Below are positions 28,973 through 37,715 of a stretch of 59,530 bases of DNA, piece by piece. The stretch's first letter is position 1, and each line of letters starts with the position of its first letter. A program made the translations under genes and the position numbers. The stretch is from an uncultured Bacilli bacterium (GTDB taxonomy: Bacteria; Bacillota_I; Bacilli_A; RF39; UBA660). Below the pieces are notes generated by a model. That model worked only from the letters and a program-made list of their open reading frames with translations, had not been told where the DNA came from and made no database searches. The DNA lies in assembly GCA_934177995.1 (NCBI GenBank), contig CAKPPW010000005.1, forward strand, positions 1 to 59,530. The letters run 5' to 3'.

Positions 28973-29659
28973 ATGGCAAAAATAAAGAAAAAAAAGAGGT
29001 TAAAACTTATACCATTTTTACTATTTGTCCTAGTAATAGCTGGTATTGTCTTTCTAATTGATGTTTTACTAGATACAAGAGTTGAAAATATAGTAATAAA
29101 AGGTAATAAAATAGTAACTGATCAACAAATAATAGATGAAGCAGGCCTTAGTAATTATCCAAGTTTTTATAAAACAACTTCTTATAATATTAAAAAAACT
29201 TTAGAAAAAAACTCCTTTATAAAAGAAGTTAAGGTTAAAAGAAGTTTTTATCATGTTTTGACAATAGAAGTTAGTGAACATAAGGTGTTACTAAAGAAAG
29301 AAACAACAGGAAAATTAGTCTTAGAAAATATGAATGAAGTAACAACTGATCAAGAAATACCTTATACGGTGCCAAGATTAGTAAATGATGTACCCCAAAA
29401 TAAGTATAATGAATTATTAAAGAATCTTTTGAAGGTAAAAAGTAATGTTAGAAGTAGTATTAGTGAGTTTTATTATGATCCTAATGAATTTGATAAAGAT
29501 AGATTCTTATTATATATGGATGATGGTAATAGTGTTTATTTAACTCTTACTAAATTTAGAATGATTAATTACTATAATGATGTTTTGCCTCAACTTGATG
29601 GCAAGAAAGGAATACTTTATCTAGACTCTGGAAATCATTTTCAAATAATGGAGAATTAG
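28973..29659 (+). CDS. divIB: cell division protein DivIB/FtsQ
   Basis: 228 aa with an N-terminal TM helix and a POTRA-like segment (VENIVIKGNKIVTDQQIIDEAGL). Position after murB is typical. Confidence 0.7.
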   Translation: MAKIKKKKRLKLIPFLLFVLVIAGIVFLIDVLLDTRVENIVIKGNKIVTDQQIIDEAGLSNYPSFYKTTSYNIKKTLEKNSFIKEVKVKRSFYHVLTIEVSEHKVLLKKETTGKLVLENMNEVTTDQEIPYTVPRLVNDVPQNKYNELLKNLLKVKSNVRSSISEFYYDPNEFDKDRFLLYMDDGNSVYLTLTKFRMINYYNDVLPQLDGKKGILYLDSGNHFQIMEN

Positions 29660-30324
29660 TTTCACCTATTTTAACAGATAAAAAGGAAACATGGAGTAAT
29701 TTAGAAGAAATATGTACATTTCTTGCTACTAATAAGCCTATCATGAATGTAAATGCTGGTGGACATATTCATGTTGGTAGTCATATTTTAACTGATGATT
29801 TTAACTTATGGAGAAAATTTTTAAAAGTATACACTGTATATGAAAGTGATTTACTATATTTTCTGTTTGGAGAAGATAAGATGGCAAGAGGATCATTTTA
29901 TAAATATGCTCGTCCTGTTGCTGTAATCTATCATCAAGATTTAGAACTACTTAATAGTTTTCATAGCTTTGAGGAGTTCTATGATTCTGATTTTATTACC
30001 AGTGGTAAGAATCGAGCTTTAGTTTTAGGAAGAGTTACAATTAATCCTAGCACTATGCAAAAAGATAATACTATCGAATTTAGAGGAGCTAATTCTTCAG
30101 ACAAAGCCATTATATGGCAAAATAATGTTAATGCTGTTACTAAATTAATGCTAGCAGCTAGTAAAGATTTAATTGATGAGGAAAAACTAGATTATAGATT
30201 AGTTGAAGAACCGACTTCTTCCAATAATTTTTTCAATTCTTTAGAATTAATCGATACTATTTTTAACAATAATTTAGATAAAATTTATTTTCTAAAGCAA
30301 TATACAAAGTCTTTTAATTTTTAA
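29659..30324 (+). pseudogene. 5'-truncated amidoligase (Amidoligase_2-like) remnant
   Basis: The frame is open from 29599. It reads VSPILTDKKETW...VNAGGHIHVGSH...IEFRGANSS, which matches the middle and C-terminal motifs of the family, but the N-terminal part is absent. Confidence 0.45.
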
Positions 30325-30427
30325 CCTGATAAAAAATTAGTAAAGAGTATATAAATTTCTTATTGAAAATGGCACCCAGTCATGATAAAATTTAAGTATC
30401 AAAGATAAAGAAAGTAGGTGCCTAGCT

Positions 30428-30514
30428 ATGTTGTCAAGTAATATGTTAAGTTTAACATGTGGGCAATTAGACAGTATAACTACTTTCTTTTATCATGGAT
30501 TAATAACAGGATAG
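30428..30514 (+). CDS. candidate leader peptide (28 aa) ending inside the terminator stem
   Basis: Reads MLSSNMLSLTCGQLDSITTFFYHGLITG. An SD-like AGGTG lies 7 nt upstream. The TAG stop at 30512-30514 lies in the 5' arm of the hairpin 30505-30531. Confidence 0.4.
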   Translation: MLSSNMLSLTCGQLDSITTFFYHGLITG

Positions 30515-30537
30515 GATAATCTTACCCTGTTTTTTTA
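30505..30537 (+). terminator. intrinsic terminator within the leader
   Basis: aacaggatagg / cttaccctgtt (11 positions, one mismatch and one G-U) with loop ataat, followed by a T-run, 16 nt before the ATG at 30553. Confidence 0.65.
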
Positions 30538-30552
30538 CTGAAGGAAGAAAAA

Positions 30553-31989
30553 ATGGATAAGAAGAAAGAAAGTATAATTTTATCAGTAATATTACTTTGT
30601 CTAATACTAATAGCAGTAGGTATGAGTTATGCCTTTTTAAAGACTAGTTTCTTTGGAGCCAAAACTAGTGTCTTAAAAGTAGGAAGTTTATCATTAGTAT
30701 TAGATGAAACATCAGGTAATGCTATAACAGTAGAAGATGGAACTCCTATGTATGATAGTGAAGGAGTTAAACAAGATAATTATTTTACCTTTGCTTTAAA
30801 AAATAATGGCGTAATAGATTCAGCCTATACTATCTATTTAGAAGATCAACCATTAGATGATGGTGATATAAGAGTAGGACAAAGTTATGTTCATTATAAT
30901 TTAGAAAAAGATAGTAGTGTTTTACCTGCTAAAGCCTTAGAAGGAGACCAAGCGATAGATAAAGGTATTATCAAAAAGAATCAAACAATCAATTATAAAA
31001 TGAGACTATGGTTTGCAAGTGACATACCACAATCAGAAGAAAATAAAGTATTTAAAGCCAAACTAAATATAGTAGGTAGTCAAAATATGAGGATGATGGC
31101 TAGTAATAACTATAGTGGAGATCTTTGGAACAGGAAACAAGATACAGTAACAAAGATAGTATTTCAAGATTCAATTAACAAAATAGAGGGAGAAAGTGAG
31201 TCATGGGATATATCATCTGCTAAAAATAAAACCGTAATGGCAAGACTAGTACCAAATACTGATAATACAACAACTAATACTTTGTATATACAAGGTAATG
31301 GTGGAGTGATAACTAATTATAATAGCAATTATCTATTTTGTAATTTTTCAAAATTAACCGAGATAGAAAATATAAATTTACTTGATACATCACAAGTAAC
31401 AAATATGAATTATATGTTTTATAGATGTAGTAAATTAACAAGTCTAGATGTAAGTAAGTTTGATATATCACAAGTAACAAATATGAGTTATATGTTTTAT
31501 AGTTGTAGCAGTTTAACAAACCTAGATGTAAATAAGTTTGATACATCAAATGTAACAAGTATGTATTCTATGTTTTCTGTTTGTAGCGGATTAACAAGTC
31601 TAGATGTAAGTAACTTTAATACATCACAAGTAACAAATATGGGGCTTATGTTTTACAATTGTAGTAGTTTAACGAGTTTAGATGTAAGTAAGCTTGATAC
31701 ATCACAAGTAACAAATATGAATAATATGTTTTCGCGATGTTACAGTTTAACAAGCCTGGATGTAAGTAATTTTGATACTTCACAAGTGACAAATATGGGG
31801 TCTATGTTTTATTCATGTAGCAGTTTAACAAGTCTAGACTTTAGAAAAGCCACATTTGATAAAGTAACTGACTATGGCAATATGTTTTATTATACTTCAT
31901 CTACTATAAACATAATAACTAAAGATGCAACTACTAAGAGTTGGTTAGAAGATAAGTTGGATGGTAAGGGAACTGTTACTATTGCTTAG
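30553..31989 (+). CDS. BspA/DUF285-type leucine-rich-repeat surface protein (copy 1)
   Basis: 478 aa with an N-terminal signal anchor and a beta-rich domain, then about seven 26-aa repeats (LTSLDVSxFDTSQVTNMxxMFxxCSS). Confidence 0.8.
   Translation: MDKKKESIILSVILLCLILIAVGMSYAFLKTSFFGAKTSVLKVGSLSLVLDETSGNAITVEDGTPMYDSEGVKQDNYFTFALKNNGVIDSAYTIYLEDQPLDDGDIRVGQSYVHYNLEKDSSVLPAKALEGDQAIDKGIIKKNQTINYKMRLWFASDIPQSEENKVFKAKLNIVGSQNMRMMASNNYSGDLWNRKQDTVTKIVFQDSINKIEGESESWDISSAKNKTVMARLVPNTDNTTTNTLYIQGNGGVITNYNSNYLFCNFSKLTEIENINLLDTSQVTNMNYMFYRCSKLTSLDVSKFDISQVTNMSYMFYSCSSLTNLDVNKFDTSNVTSMYSMFSVCSGLTSLDVSNFNTSQVTNMGLMFYNCSSLTSLDVSKLDTSQVTNMNNMFSRCYSLTSLDVSNFDTSQVTNMGSMFYSCSSLTSLDFRKATFDKVTDYGNMFYYTSSTINIITKDATTKSWLEDKLDGKGTVTIA
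31331..31900 (+). repeat. array of ~78-nt coding repeats (LRR units) inside the BspA-type gene
   Basis: Imperfect tandem units visible in DNA and protein. They lie inside a CDS and are not a CRISPR array. Confidence 0.8.
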
Positions 31990-32069
31990 ATGGGTGAATA
32001 TACTTTTCAAAAAATGTTTGCTTTCTTAATAACAATATAGTAAAATTATGTTGAAGAGAGGGATATATA

Positions 32070-32612
32070 ATGAATCAAGAAATAGATAATGCAGTAGAAA
32101 AGATGAAGTCTACTGTAAATAACTTAGAAAAGAAATTTGGAATTGTTAGAGCAGGAAGAGCTAATCCTTCTAGTTTAGATGGGGTTATGGTTGAGTATTA
32201 TGGACAAATGACACCTTTGAAACAACTTGGAACTATCTCTGTTCCTGAAGGCAATCAATTACTTATTAAACCATTTGATAAGAGTTGTTTAAAGAATATG
32301 GAAAAAGCAATTATTGCTGCTAATTTAGGATATAATCCTAGTAATGATGGGGAAACTATTAGAATAGTAGTACCAGCTCTTACAGAAGAAAGAAGAAAAG
32401 AACTTGTTAAACAAGTTAAAGCTTTAGCAGAAGAAGCAAAAGTTGCTATTAGAAATATTAGACGTGATGCTAATGAAAAAATAGAAAAAGAAGAGTTAGC
32501 AGAAGATGAAGAAAAAGCTCTTAAAAATGACATTCAAGATTTAGTTAATGAATATAATAAAGATATTGAAAGACTAATGAAAGAAAAAGAACAAGAATTA
32601 ATGACAATTTAA
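32070..32612 (+). CDS. frr: ribosome recycling factor
   Basis: 180 aa with FGIVRAGRANPSSLDGVMVEYYGQMTPLKQL, PALTEERRKELVK and IRNIRRDAN. Confidence 0.92.
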   Translation: MNQEIDNAVEKMKSTVNNLEKKFGIVRAGRANPSSLDGVMVEYYGQMTPLKQLGTISVPEGNQLLIKPFDKSCLKNMEKAIIAANLGYNPSNDGETIRIVVPALTEERRKELVKQVKALAEEAKVAIRNIRRDANEKIEKEELAEDEEKALKNDIQDLVNEYNKDIERLMKEKEQELMTI

Positions 32613-32640
32613 TAAATTTATGATAATATAAACATTAAAT

Positions 32641-32845
32641 CAATGAGAAGGAAGTAGTAAAAGAGTAATAAAAGTAAAAGAGAGATTATGGTTGGTGAGA
32701 ATAATTCTTTTATCCTTTGAATTCGTCCTTTGAGTCTTAAAGCAAAACTTTAGGCGTTACTCGCGTTAAGAGATTAGAGTGTATAGAAAACTATAAAATA
32801 AGGTGGTACCACGGATATGTTTCGTCCTTAGTTTATAGTTTTTCT
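32641..32845 (+). promoter_or_regulatory. T-box riboswitch leader, probable Phe (UUC) specifier
   Basis: Has the stem I GA motif (AATGAGAAGGAAGTAGTA), AGAGAG, and the distal GGTTGGTGAGA. GAATTCG is in the specifier position (TTC at 32722-32724). The T-box sequence is AATAAGGTGGTACCACGG, and the terminal helix aaaactataaa/tttatagtttt is followed by a T-run. The operon contains pheS and pheT. Confidence 0.8.
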
Positions 32846-32861
32846 TTTGTTTAGGGGGATA

Positions 32862-33491
32862 ATGATGAAAAAATTTATTTGGGATTTAGATGGAACACTC
32901 TTAAGTGGTGATTTTTATACACATGAACTTAGTTATTTTGAAGAAAAATTAATAGGTCAAGATATAGAAACTTTTTTAAAGAATAAGTATGGCTATTTGA
33001 TGGAATATGAAAAGAACTTCTTTAAATATGATGTTAAATCATTCAGTGACTTTTTAAGTTTAAGAAGTGGTCTTGTAATTGATGAAACAGTAATTATGGG
33101 GTGGAATGAGCATAGTAAATCTGTTCCCGATACTATTCATACTGGAGCAGAGGAAGTACTTTCTTATTTACAGAGTAAGGGATATGAAAATATTCTTTAT
33201 ACTAATTGGTTTAAAGATGTACAAGAAGCAAGATTAAGAAATGCCAATCTATTAGAATATTTTAGTGAAATCTATGGAGGAGAACTTGCTATTAAGCCTA
33301 ATGCCATTGGCTATAAAAAAATAATTAAAGATGTAAATCCTAATGAAGTAGTAATGATAGGCGATAATATTGTAAATGATGTTTTAGTACCAAGAAGTAT
33401 TGGTATAACTACATATCATTATGATCCATTAGAAAAGAGTAAGGATAAAAATAAAATAAAAACATTAAGAAAGATAAAGGAGATGTATTAA
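32862..33491 (+). CDS. HAD superfamily hydrolase
   Basis: Start moved to ATG 32862 (MMKKFIWDLDGTL). Motif I is DLDGT and motif IV is MIGDNIVNDV. Confidence 0.75.
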   Translation: MMKKFIWDLDGTLLSGDFYTHELSYFEEKLIGQDIETFLKNKYGYLMEYEKNFFKYDVKSFSDFLSLRSGLVIDETVIMGWNEHSKSVPDTIHTGAEEVLSYLQSKGYENILYTNWFKDVQEARLRNANLLEYFSEIYGGELAIKPNAIGYKKIIKDVNPNEVVMIGDNIVNDVLVPRSIGITTYHYDPLEKSKDKNKIKTLRKIKEMY

Positions 33492-33492
33492 A

Positions 33493-34539
33493 GTGAATAT
33501 AGAAGAGATTAAGAAGTCTATAGAAGATGAACTAAATAGTTGTAAAGATACGAAAAGTCTTAATGATTTAAAAGTTAAGTACTTAGGAAAGAAAGGGATT
33601 ATTACAGAACTTAGTAGTAAAATTAAAGAAATACCAAATGAGGAGAAGAAAGAGTTTGGTATGAAGATGAATGAGTTAAAGACTAGTTTTAATTCATTAT
33701 ATGATAGTAAGAAAACTTTATTTGAAGAAGAAGCACTTAATGAAAAGTTAGCTAAAGAAAGCATTGATGTAACACTTCCTGCTACTCATATAGAAATAGG
33801 TAGTCCTAATATCTTAGAGAAACTAGTAGAAGATATGGAAGAGTTATTTATGTCGATGGGGTATGATGTTGTAGATGGACCAGAGATAGAAGAAGATAGA
33901 TATAACTTTGAGCTTTTAAATATTCCAAAAGGTCATCCAGCAAGAGATGCTCAAGATACATTCTATTTAAAAGATAATGAAATCTTACTACGTAGTCAAA
34001 CCTCACCCGTTCAAGTTAGAACTATGTTAGAGTGTAAGGGAGAAAAACCAGTTAGAATGATATGTCCTGGTAAGACTTACCGAAGAGATGATGATGATGC
34101 GACTCACTCTCATCAGTTTATGCAGATAGAAGGATTGCTAGTAGATAAGAATATTCATCTAACAGATTTAAAAGGTACTTTTGAAATAGTTGCTAAAAGA
34201 CTATTTGGAAGTGATACCGAAGTTAGATTAAAACCTAGTTATTATCAGTTTACAGAACCATCAGTAGAGTTAGATATTAGTTGCTTTAATTGTAAAGGAA
34301 AAGGTTGTTCACTATGTAAGAATAGTGGTTATATAACAGTAGCAGGTGCTGGAATGGTTCATCCTAATGTCTTAAGAAATTGTGGTTATGACCCAGCTGT
34401 TTGGAGTGGCTTTGCCTTTGGCTTTGGAGCAGAACGTCTTGCTATGTTGAAGTATGGTATTACGGATATTAGAACTTTTTATATGACTGATTTAAGATGC
34501 AGTAAAACATTTGATAGAAAGGAAGATAATAATGATTAA
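33493..34539 (+). CDS. pheS: phenylalanine-tRNA ligase alpha subunit
   Basis: 348 aa with a GTG start. Motifs HPARDAQDTFY, PGKTYRRD, FHQIEG-like FMQIEG and GFAFGFGAERLAM. Confidence 0.92.
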   Translation: MNIEEIKKSIEDELNSCKDTKSLNDLKVKYLGKKGIITELSSKIKEIPNEEKKEFGMKMNELKTSFNSLYDSKKTLFEEEALNEKLAKESIDVTLPATHIEIGSPNILEKLVEDMEELFMSMGYDVVDGPEIEEDRYNFELLNIPKGHPARDAQDTFYLKDNEILLRSQTSPVQVRTMLECKGEKPVRMICPGKTYRRDDDDATHSHQFMQIEGLLVDKNIHLTDLKGTFEIVAKRLFGSDTEVRLKPSYYQFTEPSVELDISCFNCKGKGCSLCKNSGYITVAGAGMVHPNVLRNCGYDPAVWSGFAFGFGAERLAMLKYGITDIRTFYMTDLRCSKTFDRKEDNND

Positions 34540-36901
34540 TTTAGAGTGGGTAAGTGACTATATTGATATTTCTGATTTAACACCAAAAGAACTAGCTAAA
34601 AGAGTAACAGAAAGTGATATTAATGTCGAAAAAGTAATTACTAATCATATTGATAATTTAGTAATTGGAGAAGTAGTAGAATGTGTTAATCATCCAGATA
34701 GTGACCATTTACATATTTGTAAAGTAGATGTTGGTAGTGAAGTGTTACAAATAGTATGTGGTGCTCCTAATGTTAGAGTCGGTTTAAAAGCAATAGTTGC
34801 TCTTGTAGGAGCTGTTTTACCAGGTGACTTTGTAATTAAAAAAAGTAAGATTAGAGGAGTAGAATCTAATGGAATGCTTTGTGCTTTATATGAGTTAGGA
34901 TTAGAAGAGAAGAATGACGTGACTTATAGTAAAGGTATTTATGAAGGAACTAGTAACTTAAAAGTAGGAGATGATGCCTTAAAAGCCTTAGACTTAGAGT
35001 CAACTGTCTTAGAACTTGATATTCATAAACATCGTAATAATGATTGTTACTCGCATATTGGTTTTGCTTATATCGTAAGTGCTGTTTTAAATAGAAAAGT
35101 AACTCTACCTGATACTAGCTTTACAGAAATAGATGATAGTATAGATAAACATTTTAGCTTAGAAGTAGCAACTAATAAGTGTAGTTATTACCTAGCTAGA
35201 ATGGTTAAAGATGTAAAGATTAAAGAGTCACCAGACTTTATCAAAAAAAGATTAGTAGCAGCTGGTATGCGCCCAATTAACAATGTAGTAGATATTTCTA
35301 ATTATGTAATGTTAGAGTATGGTCAACCCCTTCACTTCTTTGATTATGATAAGTTAGGTTCTAAAGTCTTAGTAAGAGATGCTAAAGAAGAGGAAGAAAT
35401 TACTACTCTTGATAATAAGGAAAGAATTTTAACTAGTAATGATATTGTAATAACTGATACTATAAAACCTGTTTGTATCGCTGGCGTGATGGGTGGAGCT
35501 AATACGGAAGTAGTAGATGACACTAAAACTATTTTAATAGAAAGTGCTATCTTTGACTCTGTTAGTATTAGAAATACAGCAGCTAGATTAAATCTTAGAA
35601 GTGAAGCATCTATTCGTTATGGAAAAGGATTAAACTATGAATATACGGATATGGCTATTAAAAGAGCTTGTCATTTATTAGAAAAGTATGCTGATGCTAA
35701 AATCTTAACAGGTGTTGTTAAATATGATAAAGTTGATAAAACACCAAAAGAAGTAGAGTTTAGAGCAAGTGAAGTTAATAATCTATTAGGGATAGAAATT
35801 AGTGAAGCGGATATGGAAAAAGAAATGGATAGATTAGGCTTTAGTTATACACTAAATAATGGATTATTTAAAGTAGTGATTCCTAATAGAAGACTTGATA
35901 TTGAACCTAATGTAAATGATATAGCAGAAGAGATTGTAAGACTTTATGGTTATCATAATTTAACCTCATCCCTTCCTATTGTATCTATCAAAAAAGGTGA
36001 ATATAAAGGAGATATTAAGTATCGTAAGTTTATCTCTAAAAGACTTAGAATGAAAGGTTTAACTGAGACTAAAACTTATACTTTAACATCACCTAGTATG
36101 GCTTCTATGTTTGATTATGAACATAAAGAAAAATTAGTTCTTCCAAACCCTATGAGTGTTGATAAATCTGTTGTTAGAACTAGTATTATTCCATCTTTAA
36201 TAAATGTTTATAACTATAATAAAGCGAGAAAAGTTGATGATATCTTCTTATATGAGATAAGTAAAACATATGATAAAGATTATAAGGAAGAGTCTAAAAT
36301 AGCTGGTCTATTAAAAGGAAATATTGTTAAATCAGCTTGGAATGGTAATACTAAGTGTGACTTCTATGTCGTTAAAGGAATAGTAGAAGATATTCTTAAT
36401 TCACTAGGATTTAATAATCGTTATACTTTTGTTCCTAAGGAGTTACCTAATATTCATAAAGGAATATCTGCTAGTATTTTATTAGATGGAGAAATGTTAG
36501 GTATCATTGGAAGAGTTCATCCTAATACTTTAAAAGATGAAGTGTATGTCTTTGAATTATCTTTAAATAAACTAATGAGAGATGTTAAACCTATTAAGTT
36601 TAAGGAACCATCTAAGTATCCTAGTATAGAAAAAGATGTTGCTTTCTTAATAAATAAAGAGATAACTGCTAGTGATATTTCTAAAGTAATCAAAAAATCA
36701 TCTTCTAGATTACTAAAGAGTATAGATGTATTTGATGTTTATAGTGGGGATAATATAGATAAGGATAAAAAGTCTATTGCCTTTAAGCTTATTTATCAAG
36801 ATGAGGCTAAGACTTTAACTGATGATGAAGTTATGGCTGATTTTCATAAGATGATAGAGAAAGTTACTAAGGAATTTAATTGTGAGATTAGAGATAATTA
36901 G
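34532..36901 (+). CDS. pheT: phenylalanine-tRNA ligase beta subunit
   Basis: Start at ATG 34532 overlaps the pheS stop. Has MINLEWVSDYIDI, a tRNA-binding domain (VVECVNHPDSDHLHICKVDVG), and B3/4, B5 and FDX-ACB regions. Confidence 0.92.
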   Translation: MINLEWVSDYIDISDLTPKELAKRVTESDINVEKVITNHIDNLVIGEVVECVNHPDSDHLHICKVDVGSEVLQIVCGAPNVRVGLKAIVALVGAVLPGDFVIKKSKIRGVESNGMLCALYELGLEEKNDVTYSKGIYEGTSNLKVGDDALKALDLESTVLELDIHKHRNNDCYSHIGFAYIVSAVLNRKVTLPDTSFTEIDDSIDKHFSLEVATNKCSYYLARMVKDVKIKESPDFIKKRLVAAGMRPINNVVDISNYVMLEYGQPLHFFDYDKLGSKVLVRDAKEEEEITTLDNKERILTSNDIVITDTIKPVCIAGVMGGANTEVVDDTKTILIESAIFDSVSIRNTAARLNLRSEASIRYGKGLNYEYTDMAIKRACHLLEKYADAKILTGVVKYDKVDKTPKEVEFRASEVNNLLGIEISEADMEKEMDRLGFSYTLNNGLFKVVIPNRRLDIEPNVNDIAEEIVRLYGYHNLTSSLPIVSIKKGEYKGDIKYRKFISKRLRMKGLTETKTYTLTSPSMASMFDYEHKEKLVLPNPMSVDKSVVRTSIIPSLINVYNYNKARKVDDIFLYEISKTYDKDYKEESKIAGLLKGNIVKSAWNGNTKCDFYVVKGIVEDILNSLGFNNRYTFVPKELPNIHKGISASILLDGEMLGIIGRVHPNTLKDEVYVFELSLNKLMRDVKPIKFKEPSKYPSIEKDVAFLINKEITASDISKVIKKSSSRLLKSIDVFDVYSGDNIDKDKKSIAFKLIYQDEAKTLTDDEVMADFHKMIEKVTKEFNCEIRDN

Positions 36902-36912
36902 TTATATAAGAG

Positions 36913-37227
36913 GTGATTAGTTTGCAAAAAAAAGAAACATTACTTGATCAGTTTAAAACTTATGTTGGTGCTTACTATGGCGTTAATAGTATGGATGAGT
37001 ATGACTTAAAAGTATATGTTTTAAAAGAGATAGAAAAAGAGATAATTAACTTTATAGAGGTAAATGAGTTAGATAAAGAAAACTGTTTAAAAGTTGCTAA
37101 AGAAGTAGAAGATAATGTTTCTCTTAAAACGAAACTACAAGATAGTCTACTAATCCTTTATAAAATGAATGATTATATGGAACTTATCTTTATGATTAAA
37201 AGTAAATTAAAAAAATTAAAAGCTTAG
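36913..37227 (+). CDS. hypothetical protein
   Basis: 104-aa ORF with a non-ATG start and no recognisable motif. Confidence 0.35.
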   Translation: MISLQKKETLLDQFKTYVGAYYGVNSMDEYDLKVYVLKEIEKEIINFIEVNELDKENCLKVAKEVEDNVSLKTKLQDSLLILYKMNDYMELIFMIKSKLKKLKA

Positions 37228-37288
37228 CAAATATTACCAGGAAAGAAAATCTAAAAATGAGACATTTTATTAATGGAGGTGTCGAAAT

Positions 37289-37705
37289 TTGAAAAAGATT
37301 TTCTTTTTTGTGTTAGTTGTTTTTATGTTGTTATTAATTACTAATACAAAAGCTTTAAATAGATATAGAGGTAATAGAGAGACAAAAGTAATTATTTCTT
37401 TTACTAATAATAGTGTAACTACTAATAATATTAGTGAAAAACTATCATTTAACTATAAAATTATTTCTTATAGACCTAAATTAGTACTTTCTTATTATGA
37501 TGAGTCAATATTAAAGAAACTTAATGATTTTACTTTTACAGATGTAGAAGAAGGTAGAAAAAGATATTTAGAAATACTTAGACAATATGGACTATATAGT
37601 GATATAGAAAAAATAGAATGTTTTGGTATACCACTTGATAGTGTTACTATTTATACTAATATTAATAATCTTAATCAGATAGAGTATGAGAGTAAAATAG
37701 TTTAA
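37289..37705 (+). CDS. hypothetical secreted/anchored protein
   Basis: 138 aa with a TTG start 7 nt after GGAGGTG and an N-terminal signal sequence (KKIFFFVLVVFMLLLITNTKA). Confidence 0.45.
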   Translation: MKKIFFFVLVVFMLLLITNTKALNRYRGNRETKVIISFTNNSVTTNNISEKLSFNYKIISYRPKLVLSYYDESILKKLNDFTFTDVEEGRKRYLEILRQYGLYSDIEKIECFGIPLDSVTIYTNINNLNQIEYESKIV

Positions 37706-37715
37706 AAAAAGTTAA

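Larger units (their letters stand above)
30372..30552 (+). promoter_or_regulatory. conserved structured leader (copy 1) upstream of the BspA-type gene
   Basis: Shares ordered sequence blocks with 58133-58344 (CATGATAAA, GATAAA-purine-rich SD, ATG..GTCAA..AATATGTyAAGTTTA, AACATG-G-run, CTTTTTATC, TAATAACAGGATA). Ends in a terminator hairpin just before the RBS. Confidence 0.6.

Noticed and set aside
30372-30552. BspA leaders as T-box or another known riboswitch class
   Set aside because: They lack the T-box sequence (GGTGGTACC) and the AGAGA/GNUGG elements, and I see no recognisable core of the common riboswitch classes. They are kept as an unclassified leader.
31313-31558. Minus-strand 81-aa ORF in the LRR repeats
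   Set aside because: An antisense reading of the 78-nt coding repeats; its repetitive translation is an artefact.
31331-31900. Possible CRISPR array, because of regularly spaced repeats
   Set aside because: The units are contiguous 78-nt in-frame coding repeats (LRR) with no unique spacers. They lie inside a long ORF, and there are no cas genes.
32255-32533. Minus-strand 92-aa ORF
   Set aside because: Antisense within frr.
33465-33764. Minus-strand 99-aa ORF
   Set aside because: Antisense to the pheS 5' region, with a low-complexity translation.
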